Below, piece by piece: positions 54,436-64,000 of a DNA stretch of 64,000 nt. The position numbers and the translations under genes were made by a program. The DNA is from an uncultured Planctomycetota bacterium (lineage in GTDB: Bacteria > Planctomycetota > Planctomycetia > Isosphaerales > Isosphaeraceae), in contig CAWJTV010000011.1 of assembly GCA_963845755.1 (NCBI GenBank), positions 480,001-544,000 of the forward strand, given 5' to 3'. Position 1 is the stretch's first letter. Each line of letters begins with the position of its first letter. Under the pieces are notes generated by a model, which did not search any database, was not told where the DNA came from, and saw nothing but the letters and a program-made list of their open reading frames with translations.

Positions 54436-54973
54436 ATGGGTTACTACTGCGTTTACACCCAGATTCCTGAGGGAACCCTCATGGACCTGGACGAGTCCGA
54501 GGTTTCGACTCTCATCGAGCAGGCGGGTGCGCCAGACAGCCGCGGGACCTCGTTATCGGTCCTGAAGTTGTACGAATCGCCGGGCATGCGGAACGAGTTG
54601 CCCCCGCCAGTGAGCCTGGAAAAAATGTGGCTGGCGCTCCATCACCTCCTGACGGGCGAGTTTCGGTCCGTGGCCTCGCCTCTCTCGCGTGCCATCCTCG
54701 GCGGAAAGACGGTCGGTGGCGGTTGCGCGCCGTTGTCTCTGGGCGGACGAGGTTTGTGAGATCGCGTCCGCGCTTTCCGCGCTGACGCACGAGGAGCTCC
54801 AGCGACGCTATGATCCGGCAAGCCTCAAGGCGGGTTGGCCCGAAACGCCAGTTGATGAGACCGAGGATGATGAACAGGTTTTCGGGGAACTGGTCGGCTA
54901 CTTCGACCTGCTTGTCACCTACTACCGATTGGCCGCGGCACGAGGGAACGCCCTGCTGATCGGCATCGTCTGA
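54436..54973 (+). CDS. DUF1877/YfbM family protein (frameshift near 54725)
   Basis: LEKMWLALHHLLTGE, AILGG, RRYDPA and YYRLAAARGNALL. Confidence 0.75.
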
Positions 54974-55024
54974 GTCGAACGGCTCGAATCTCGAGCTCCC
55001 ACGGCGCCGGCCCAATGCGACGCC

Positions 55025-55355
55025 TCGACTCGAGCCCCAGATCGTCGTGTGTGCCGGTCCGGCCCAGGATCAAATCACCGGCCTTCCGCTTGTAGATCAG
55101 GACCCAGTCCGGTTCCACATGGCAATCCCGCCAACCCTTCCAATCGCCTTTCAAGCCATGATCTCTGTGCCTCGCGTCCAAGGGACGATGATGGCACAGC
55201 GACTCGATGATCGCGCGAAGCTTGTCCATATCCTTGCCGCGCCGCCTCTGACGCTCCACGTCTTGCCGAAATTTGGTGGTCGGCTTCGCCACGAGAGGCG
55301 GGGGCGGTGGTGGCGGCTCGGGAGTTGAGGTCTTCTTCGACTTGCGCCTGGCCAC
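55025..55355 (-). CDS. yafQ: YafQ/RelE-family mRNA interferase toxin (stop uncertain; the ORF runs on to 54915)
   Basis: TTKFRQDV, RDHGLKGDWKGWRDCHVEPDWVLIY and RTGTHDDL. The GTG start lies 1 nt after the antitoxin stop. Confidence 0.9.
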
Positions 55356-55356
55356 A

Positions 55357-55635
55357 TCAAATACCCAGGTCCTCGAACATGGCTTCCAGGCTCGGATAGT
55401 CGAGCAGGTTCTTGCCGGCATCGGCGTCGCGCAGGACCTGGGCGGTTTCCGCGTTGAAGGGAGCATCCTTCTCACGCGGCGCCTTCCTGCTGGCTTTCGG
55501 CTTAGACTCGCCCTTGGCAACCGCCCCCGGCCCGTTCGATCCGGTCCCCTCGGGCTTGGCCTTCTTCGGAGAAACTTTCTTGGGAGTGAGTGCCTCGCCC
55601 TTCGATCGCTTGGGCGTCAGCTTGTCCGTAGCCAT
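55357..55635 (-). CDS. Atypical DinJ-like antitoxin with a basic disordered N-terminus
   Basis: The C-terminal PFNAETAQVLRDADAG...SLEAMFEDLGI resembles the DinJ neutralising tail. The gene lies directly upstream of yafQ. Confidence 0.75.
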   Translation of the reverse strand: MATDKLTPKRSKGEALTPKKVSPKKAKPEGTGSNGPGAVAKGESKPKASRKAPREKDAPFNAETAQVLRDADAGKNLLDYPSLEAMFEDLGI

Positions 55636-56022
55636 CGACGATCCTCTTTCTGCATCACCGGGGCAACCGCTGTCTTTCTCGCCGACTCCATCTTACTCAT
55701 TTCCCGGTCTTCCTCAATGTGAGGACCGCGCTTCGGCTGGCGTTCCCTGTTCCGGTCGCACCGTCTTGCGTGCCGTTTTGCCAGCCATGACTTCCCCCTT
55801 CCCGCCGAAAGGGACCTCGCACAACGAAGACCTTGCCAGAGTGCCGTGGCAGACATCTCGCCGCATGGCCTGGTCACGGTATAGGATGAGTCCCGGGATG
55901 CAACCCGAGATTCGGGGGCTCGATCCGACGACCCGGTGTCGGATTCCCACCGCGAGTCGGTGAGCGAACTCTGGGAGAGAGCCCACTCGGTCAGCCTCGG
56001 GATTCGATGGGGATCTGTGGCG

Positions 56023-56621
56023 ATGAACGATGTGACCCGGATTCTCGCGGCGATCGAACAGGGCGACCCGGGCGCCGCCGATCGGCTCTTGCCGCTGGTT
56101 TATGAGAAGTTGCGCAACTCGCCGCGGCGCGGCTCGCCCGGGAAAAACCCGGCCAGACTCTTCAGGCGACGGCCCTGGTCCATGAAGCCTATCTGCGACT
56201 CGTGGACGGTGACGACACGAAGCCGTGGAACGGTCGCGGCCACTTCTTCGGCGCGGCGGCCGAGGCCATGCGGCGGATCCTCGTCGAGAACGCCCGCCGG
56301 AAAGGTCGGGGCCGGCATGGCGGCGGTCTCAGGCGAGTTGAGCTCGACGCGGCATGTTCGCTGGCCGAGCCCCCGCCGGACGACGACCTGCTCGCGCTCG
56401 ACGAGGCGCTCGACCGGCTCGCCGCGCTCGACCCGAAGCGGGCCGAGGTGGTGAAGCTCCGATTCTTCGCCGGGCTGACCATGCCGGAGGCGGCCGACGC
56501 GATGGGCGTCTCGCTGGCGACGGCCGAGCGATACTGGGCGTTCGCCCGCACCTGGCTATTCGCCGAGCTGAAAGAAGAGCCTCCGTCCGACGCTCAGCCG
56601 AAAAAATCATCTCCGGCGTGA
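56023..56621 (+). CDS. ECF sigma factor, TIGR02999/ECF43-like (frameshift near 56120)
   Basis: MNDVTRIL...LLPLVY, QATALVHEAYLRL, HFFGAAAEAMRRILVENARRK and LRFFAGLT. Confidence 0.92.
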
Positions 56622-56668
56622 GGGGTTTCGAGGGATTCCGTCGCACGGACAGACAGAACCCTGCATAA

Positions 56669-56736
56669 GAGGCTATTTCAAAAAGGGGACAGGCACCTCG
56701 AAGACTCGGAGCCAGTCCCCGTTTTGAGATAGCCAG
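56669..56736. mobile_element. MITE-like element with TAA duplication
   Basis: TAA-gaggctatttcaaaa...ttttgagatagccag-TAA (imperfect TIR), with inner ggggacaggc / gccagtcccc. Confidence 0.65.
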
Positions 56737-56750
56737 TAAGGAGCCCCCTC

Positions 56751-59700
56751 ATGACTGACCTGTCCGCCATCGAGTCGATCTTCCTGGCCGCCCTGGAGCG
56801 GCCGACGCCCGAGGCCCGGTCCTCATACCTGGACGCCGCCTGCCTCGATCCCGGAAATCCGCCGGCACGTCGAGCGACTGCTCAATGCGCATCCCAAGGT
56901 CGGCAGCTTCCTCAATGCCACCGCCGAGGCCGGGGACCGCACCGACGATTATGCGCCGATTTCCGAGGGGCCCGGCACCCTGGTCGGCCCGTACAAGCTG
57001 ATGGAGCAGATCGGCGAGGGGGGCATGGGCCTGGTGTTCGTCGCCGAGCAGCAGCAGCCCGTCCGCCGCAAGGTTGCGCTCAAGATCATCAAGCCGGGGA
57101 TGGATACCCGGGACGTGATCGCCCGGTTCGAGGCCGAGCGCCAGGCCCTGGCCCTGATGGACCACCCCAACATCGCCCGCGTCCTCGATGCCGGTAAGAC
57201 CGAGAGCGGCCTGCCCTACTTCGTGATGGAGCTGGTCAAGGGGATGCCCATCATCGAATATTGCGACGTCCACCAGCTCGCTCCCCGAGACCGCCTGAAG
57301 CTGTTCGTCAACGTCTGCCAGGCGGTCCAGCACGCCCACTCCAAGGGCGTCATCCACCGCGACCTGAAGCCGTCGAACATCCTGGTGGCCCCCCACGACG
57401 GCGTGCCGGTGGTCAAGGTGATCGACTTCGGCGTCGCCAAGGCCGTCGGCCAGCAGCTCACCGACAAGACGATCTACACCCGCCTCCAGCAGATGATCGG
57501 CACGCCGCTGTACATGAGCCCCGAGCAGGCCGAGATCAACGCGCTGGACGTCAACATCCGCAGCGACGTCTACAGCCTCGGCGTGCTCCTGTACGAGTTG
57601 CTCACCGGCACGACGCCGTTCGACCGCCAGCGGTTCGCCACCGCGGCGTACGACGAGATCCGCCGGATCATCAAGGAAGAGGAGCCGCCGAAGCCCAGCA
57701 CGCGGCTCAGCACCCTCGGAGAGGCGCTTTCGCACCGTGTCGATGCGACGGAAGACCGAGCCGGCGAAACTCTCGGCCCTGGTGCGAGGCGACCTGGACT
57801 GGATCGTGATGAAGGCGCTCGAGAAGGACCGGTCGCGGCGGTACGAGACGGCCAGCGGGATGGCCAGAGACGTCGAGCGTTACCTGGCCGACGAAGCGGT
57901 CGAAGCCTGTCCCCCTTCGGCTTTGTACCGGTTGAAGAAGTTTGCCCGCAAGCACCGGGCCGCCCTGGCGACGGCCTCGGCGATCGCCGCCGTGCTGGTC
58001 CTGGGGATCATCGTGAGCGCCTGGCAAGCGGTCCGGGCCAGGCAGGCCGAGCGGATCGCTCGCGTGGAACGCGATCGAGCTGTCGTCGCGGAACGTGTCG
58101 CCGAGGTTTCTCGGCAGGAGACGGAGGCCAAACGGCAAGAGGCCGAGTCAGCCCGGCAATCGCTGCGGCGATCGCTCTACGTCTCGGACATCCAACGGGC
58201 GCAGGCGGCCTGGGACAGCGGCAACCGCGACGTGATGTGCGACCTCCTGGAACAGCAACGGCCGGGATCGGGCGATGACGACCTGCGCGGATTCGAGTGG
58301 CGTTACCTTCGAAGATTGGGCTCGACCCTCCGTGTGGTCGAATTGTCCGATCGTCTGAAACTTGGGACGATGAGCCGCGACGGGACTCGTTACGTCGCCA
58401 CCGCATATTCGCAATTGAAGAAGGGACCGCCCGACGCGTATGAACTCGAGCTCAGGCTGGCGGATGGTCTGAGCGGCAAAGAAGTGCGCAGGATCGATCC
58501 CTACCCTGGCGAGATCCAGACCATTGGCATCCCTTCGATCCAGTTTAGCCCCAACGGCCATCGCTTCGTCCACCGTTCGCAAGCCCGCGACGCGTCGGGT
58601 CGTCCGGTCAAATGGCGTGTCAAGGTCTGGGATTGGTTGACCGGTCGCGAGGTGTTTGCGCGCTCCGACCTCACCGGAGTGGTCTCGATGCCGGCGTTCG
58701 ACCCCTCGGCGACCCGGTTGGCAACGGGGATCGCCCGGCCCAGGGATCAAGCCGGTGGCGACTTGATCATCTGGGACATCGATGGCGGAAAACAGCTCCT
58801 GGCGATCCCGTTACCGGACCGCCAGTTCGGTGACTGGTCCTCGATCACATTCAGTCCGGATGGGACACGCATCGCCGCCGTGTTGCTGCCCGCCAGACTC
58901 CTATGCCGCCGACGCTCCGCGCGAGCTCCGGGCCTGGGACGCCGCCACGGGCAAGGAGTTGTTCCGCCACGATACGGGCCCCGGGGCGACCGCCCTGGCC
59001 TATAGTCCCGACGGGCGAACCCTGGCGGTCTCCGGCGACGGCGGGCCAATGCATCGGATCCGGGATGCCGGCTCGGGCAAGGAGATCCTCAAACTCACCA
59101 TGGGGGAGGAGGGCCTGATAAACTGAACGGCTCGACCCGATCGCCTTCAGTCCCGACGGAACCGCGCGTGGCCGGCACGGTCTGAGGACGGGAAAGTGCG
59201 GATCTGGGACGTGACCCCGGATGAGACCAGGGCGAGCCGATCGCCGGATCTGATCCTGAAAGGGAACAACGGACCAGGGTTTCGGATGTGGCCTGGAGCA
59301 CCCATGGCCAGTTCGTCTCGGCCACGGCCCAGGGCCGCAAGATCCTGACCTGGGAGGTCCTGGCCCAGGACGAGCACCTCACGATCAAGGGGACTGACGA
59401 GACGACCCGGGTTGGGCCGACCTCGACGGCGAGTGCGAATCGGTTCGCCGCCGCCTTCGGGACGGCGAGGGCCCGGGAAGACCGAGATCAAGGTCTGGAA
59501 TCAGGCGGGTCAGGTGCTGTTCCAGACGACCGAACCCGCCCCGGACGGTCCCAGGAACAGAGAGAGTGTTCGAGCGGTCAAGCTCAGTCGCGACGGCACC
59601 CGACTGGCGTACCGCGCGAATTATGACTGGTTCGAGCCGATGGGACGAAAAAAGCGGTCAGCTCAGGTCCGGGTCTGGGACATCGCGACAGGTCGAAGCG

Positions 59701-60489
59701 TGTTCCATCGCGACCGCGAGGATAACTATGCCCTCGACGTCTAGCATCTGGTTCGACGACGTTGCCCTCAGTTCCGATGGACGGCTTCTGGCGACGATTG
59801 CGGCCAGAGGATCCTTATCGGCGTCAAAGTCATTGCTTTCCGTCCGAGAGCTCGATTCGGGCGAAGAGCGCCTCCATCGAGATCTGGATGGGGAAATCCA
59901 TGTACAAGATCGTCTTCAGCCCCGACGGCCGCCGGGTCGCGGGCAACATCTGGCTTCGATCCAGGGAGTCTCTGGCTACTGAGCTTCGAGTCTGGGATGT
60001 CGCGACGGGCCAGGTGGTCCTGAGCCGTAAATGGGACGAGAGCCCTCCCCACGAGCCGTCCTATAGCGGAGACGGCCGATGGTTGGCATTGCCATTGGCG
60101 AAGAGAGACGGTGGCAGTGTGATCAAGGTTCTCGACGCCGCCAGCGGCGAGGAGCGTCACTCGCTCACGGGTCATGGCTTTCCGATCTTGGGGGTGACTT
60201 TCAGCCCCGACAGTCGGCGACTTGCCTCCTTCGACATCTCACGGACCCAGTACTTCCGACGTCAAGCTCTGGGACCTCGCTATGGGGAAGGAACTGCTGA
60301 CCTTCTCGACAAAAGCGCTCGAGCCATCTTCTTCGAGGGGGCCGCATGTTTGTTCCGACGAGGAGCCTCTCGTTCAGTCCGGACGGCAACCGCCTGTCCT
60401 ACGTCGTCGGGAGCCATGGTCGCGAAGCCAGGGTGCAGTTCTGGGACGCCACCCCGATGCCGGACGAGAAGGCCGAAGCCTCGCGATGA
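56751..60489 (+). CDS. Ser/Thr kinase - TM - coiled coil - divergent WD40 propellers (many frameshifts; possibly disrupted)
   Basis: [38 protein letters not shown], a TM segment, GFEWRYL and FSPDG repeats. The final frame ends [16 protein letters not shown]. Confidence 0.85.
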
Positions 60490-60595
60490 CTACCCTGAAG
60501 CGGCCCGGTGGATTACCCTGGATGTCGACGTCCCGTGCTCTAGTGTCGATCCACGGCCGCGACGCCCTGGGATTGGTCCGGAACGGCCTCCACCG

Positions 60596-61168
60596 ATGAA
60601 CGAAGTGACGCGGATCCTCGAAGCGATCGACCAGGGCGAGCCCGGCGCCGCCGATCGGCTCTTGCCGCTGGTCTACGACGAACTGCGCAAGCTGGCCGCC
60701 GCGCGGCTGGCGCGAGAAAAGCCCGGGCAGACCCTTCAGGCGACGGCCCTGGTCCACGAAGCCTACCTGCGCCTGGTGGGTGGTGACGATGCCAAGCCGT
60801 GGAACAGCCGCGGCCACTTCTTCGGCGCGGCGGCCGAGGCCATGCGGCGCATCCTCGTCGAGAACGCCCGGCGCAAGGCGCGCATCCGCCACGCTGGCGG
60901 CCTGAATCGGATCGACCTGGACCGGATCGACCTCGCCGCGGACGAGGCATCGGACGAATTGCTCGCGCTCAACGACGCCCTGGACCGTCTGGCCGAGGAG
61001 GAGCCAACCGTCGCCGAAGTGGTCAAGGTCCGGCACTTCGCCGGGTTGACGATCGAGCAAGCCGCCGCGGCGCTGGGCATCTCGGTGCGCACCGCCAACC
61101 GCCACTGGGCCTATGCCCGTGCGTGGCTCTATCAGCAGTTGAATCCTCCCGACGGAACGACGGATTGA
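60596..61168 (+). CDS. ECF sigma factor, TIGR02999/ECF43-like
   Basis: MNEVTRIL, LVYDELRKLA, GQTLQATALVHEAYLRL, AMRRILV and RHWAYARAWL. Confidence 0.95.
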   Translation: MNEVTRILEAIDQGEPGAADRLLPLVYDELRKLAAARLAREKPGQTLQATALVHEAYLRLVGGDDAKPWNSRGHFFGAAAEAMRRILVENARRKARIRHAGGLNRIDLDRIDLAADEASDELLALNDALDRLAEEEPTVAEVVKVRHFAGLTIEQAAAALGISVRTANRHWAYARAWLYQQLNPPDGTTD

Positions 61169-61370
61169 GAGACTGTCTCGGAAGGTCTTTGTAGGGTGCT
61201 CTGTGAGCACCGATCTGGCGGACTGGGCCGAATTCGGTGCTCACAGAGCACCGATCCGGCGGACTGGGCCGAACTCGGTGCTCACAGAGCACCGATCTGG
61301 CGGACTGGGCCGAATTCGGTGCTCACAGAGCACCCTACGAGACGGCCGTTGAGGCTTCCGGGACAGACTC
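61169..61370. mobile_element. MITE-like element with TGA duplication carrying a GTAG-REP doublet
   Basis: TGA-gagactgtctcggaag ... cttccgggacagactc-TGA. The termini match the 33200 element. Confidence 0.78.
61191..61338. repeat. GTAG-type REP doublet with three internal 41-bp tandem units
   Basis: gtagggtgctctgtgagcaccga ... tcggtgctcacagagcaccctac. The unit gagcaccgatctggcggactgggccgaattcggtgctcaca occurs three times. Confidence 0.92.
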
Positions 61371-61458
61371 TGAGAGAAATCGCGAATCTGATGGCACGAT
61401 TCGCTCCGGGACGTCGCACTGCCCTCCAGAGAGATCAATTCAGATGGAGGACCGAGCC

Positions 61459-64000
61459 ATGAACGCGGAAAAGCCGAGCGTCAAAGCGATCTTCGACGAG
61501 GCCGTGGAGATCGAAGATCCCGGAGCGCGACGATCTTATCTGGATCGGGCTTGCACGAACGACGTCGAGCTCCGCCGAAAGCTGGATGCCCTGCTGCAAG
61601 CGTATGGCGACGCCGGTAGCTTCCTCCAGAAGCCGGCAATCGATGCGGACCTGACCGACCCGTTCACACCCTCTGCTCGCTCGCCCGCGACCGCAAGAGC
61701 CCCGGCCCATCACCGAAGGACCTGGGACCTGCATCGGTCCTTATAAGCTCTTGCAGCCGATCGGCGAGGGCGGCATGGGCATCGTCTACATGGCCGAGCA
61801 AGAGAAGCCGGTCCGGCGGCGCGTCGCGCTCAAGATCATCAAGCCGGGGATGGACTCCAAGCAGGTGATCTCGCGGTTCGAGGCCGAGCGCCAGGCGCTG
61901 GCCTTGATGGACCACCAGAACATCGCGCGCGTGCTGGATGCCGGCACGACCGAGACCGGCCGCCCGTATTTCGTCATGGAGCTGGTGCACGGCGTCCCGA
62001 TCACGAAATACTGCGACGACGTCCAGCTCAATCCCCGCGAGCGTCTCGAGTTGTTCATCCCCGTCTGCCAGGCGATCCAGCACGCGCACCAGAAGGGGAT
62101 CATCCACCGAGATATCAAGCCCTCGAACGTCCTGGTGACGCTCTACGACGGCAAGCCCGTCGCCAAGGTGATCGACTTCGGCGTGGCCAAGGCCACCGAC
62201 CAGAGGTTGACCGAGCGCACCATGTTCACCCAGTACGGTTCGATCGTCGGCACACTCGAGTACATGAGCCCCGAGCAGGCCGAGATGAGCGCCCTGGGGG
62301 TCGACACGCGGAGCGACGTCTATGCGCTCGGGGTCCTGCTCTACGAGCTCTTGACCGGCACGACGCCGCTCGAGCGCGCGTCGCTGCGCGAGGCGGGCTA
62401 TGCCGAGATCCTGCGTCGGATCAAGGAAGAGGAGCCGCCCAGGCCGAGCACCCGACTGAGCGAATCGGGCGACGCGCTGCCGTCGATCTCGGCCCAGCGC
62501 AAGACCGAGTCGGCGAAGCTGGCGAAGTTGATGCGCGGGGAGGTCGACTGGATCGTGATGAAGTGCCTGGAGAAGGATCGGACGCGGCGGTACGAGACGG
62601 CCAACAGCCTGGCCCGCGACGTCGAGCGTTACCTGGCCGACGAAGCGGTCGAAGCCTGTCCCCCTTCGGCTTCGTACCGGCTGAGGAAGTTCACCCGAAA
62701 ACACCGGACCGCCCTGGCGACGGCCACGGCGTTCGTCGCCCTGCTGATCCTGGGGACCATCGTGAGCGCCTGGCAGGCGGTCCGGGCCAGGGTTGAACGA
62801 GATCGAGCGGTCCACGCAGAACGTGTCGCCGAGGATTCCCGGCGCGAGACGGAGGCCAAACGGCAAGAGGCTGAGTCAGCCCGGCAATCGCTGCGGCGAT
62901 CGCTCTACGTCTCGGACATCCAACGGGCGCAGGCGGCCTGGGACAGCGACAACGGCGATGGGATGCGCGACCTCCTGGAACAGCAACGGCCGGGATCGGG
63001 CGATGACGACCTGCGCGGATTCGAGTGGCATTACCTTCGAAGATTGGGCTCGACCATCCGTGTGGTCGAATTGTCCAACGATCTGGCTTTTGGAACGTTG
63101 AGCCGCGATGGGACGCGTTACGTCTCCCCGGTGTATTCGCGATCGAAGAAGGGACCGCCCAACGCGGCTGAGCTCGAGCTCAGGCTGATGGATGGTCTGA
63201 GCGGCCGAGAAGTGCGCAGGATCGATCCCTACCCTGGCGAGATCCTGGTTTTTAGCCTGGATACGATCCAGTTTAGCCCCAACGGCCATCGCTTCGTCCA
63301 CCGCTCGCAAACCCCCGACGCCTCGGGTCGGCCGGTCAAATGGGGTTTCAAGGTCTGGGATTGGTTGACCGGTCGCGCGATGTTTGCGCGCTCCGACCTC
63401 ACAACAATGGTCTCGGCGCTGGCGTTCGACCCCTCGGCGACCCGGTTGGCAACGGGGATCGCCCGGCCCACGGATCAAGGCGGTGACGACCTGATCATCT
63501 GGGACATCGACGGCGGAAAACAGGTTCTGGCGATCCCGCTACCGGACGGCCATTTCCGTGGCTCGCCCTCGATCACATTCAGTCCGGATGGGACACGCAT
63601 CGCCGCCCTGTTATGGCCCGCCCGACCCTATACCTCAAGCGCCCCGCTCGAGCTCCGCGCCTGGGACGCCACCACGGGCAAGGAGCTGTTCCGCCACGGC
63701 ATGGCACCCCGGGCGACCGGCCTGGCCTATAGTCCTGACGGGCGAACCCTGGCGGTCTCCTGCGACGGCGGGACGATGCATCGGATCCGGGATGCCGGCT
63801 CGGGCAAGGAGATCCTCAAACTCACCATGGAGGAGGACCGGAAGGACCGGAGAGGGCCCGACTCGATCGCCTTCAGTCCCGACGGAACGCGCGTGGCCTA
63901 CGTGTCGGAGGGCGGGAAAGTCCACATCTGGGACGTGTCCCCGGATGAGACAAGGGCGACCCGAACGCCGGATCTGATCCTGAAAGGAAACTGGGCGCTC
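61459..64000 (+). CDS. Ser/Thr kinase - TM - WD40 (frameshifts near 61700 and 63620; runs off the window)
   Basis: [19 protein letters not shown]-domain, [23 protein letters not shown] and DFG. The C-terminal part is near-identical to 57869-59270. Confidence 0.9.

Noticed and set aside
55617..55790. Histone H3-tail-like micro-ORFs (MAGKTARKT..., MSKMESARKT...) upstream of the antitoxin
   Set aside because: Too short and low in complexity to distinguish from chance, with no supporting evidence.
59762..61168. WD40-ECF sigma fusion (468-aa ORF)
   Set aside because: The kinase C-terminus ends in another frame at 60489 and the sigma starts at 60596 like its paralogue. The linker is not protein-like.
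61191..61338. CRISPR array
   Set aside because: The intervening sequences are short and essentially identical rather than unique spacers, the ends are inverted, and there are no cas genes.
129..63990. Programmed frameshifting or mass pseudogenisation
   Set aside because: Indels hit unrelated genes without slippery-site consensus, and in-frame nonsense changes are rare. Sequencing error is simpler.
57869..64000. Diversity-generating retroelement TR/VR pair
   Set aside because: Differences are not adenine-specific, both copies are coding, and there is no reverse transcriptase in the window.

Overview
GC-rich bacterial DNA whose gene content points to a Planctomycete, probably Isosphaeraceae-like. 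This is inferred from LExRxxLS secretion motifs, DUF1559 and DUF4058 genes, and ECF sigma / Hanks kinase pairs. Most long genes carry 1-bp indels that look like long-read assembly errors, so genes are given as reconstructed spans with approximate ends. Contents in order: eutB-permease-eutC; a large secreted S8 protease; a KSTGPRTPEGK-family hypothetical; a four-gene polysaccharide modification operon; an ECF sigma with two WD40 receptor Ser/Thr kinases; DUF1559, S10 peptidase and DUF4058 genes; blaI with an internally deleted M56 gene; an S53 protease with a long Gly-rich tail; an alkaline phosphatase fusion; glgC; a VapBC-like module; a putative organophosphorus cluster (PhnZ-like HD protein, MFS, DUF1559, GntR-LacI regulator, phosphoesterase); DUF1877; a YafQ toxin with an atypical antitoxin; and two tandem ECF-kinase-WD40 modules. 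The most notable signals are: (1) duplicated receptor-kinase propellers that are near-identical except for short, mostly non-synonymous patches, with class-specific upstream promoter-like motifs; (2) GAG-ended, TNA-duplicating MITE-like elements with different REP hairpin cargoes; (3) a TA module flanked by a duplicated glgC 3' end; (4) a DinJ-like antitoxin with an S/TPKK-type tail in place of its DNA-binding domain.
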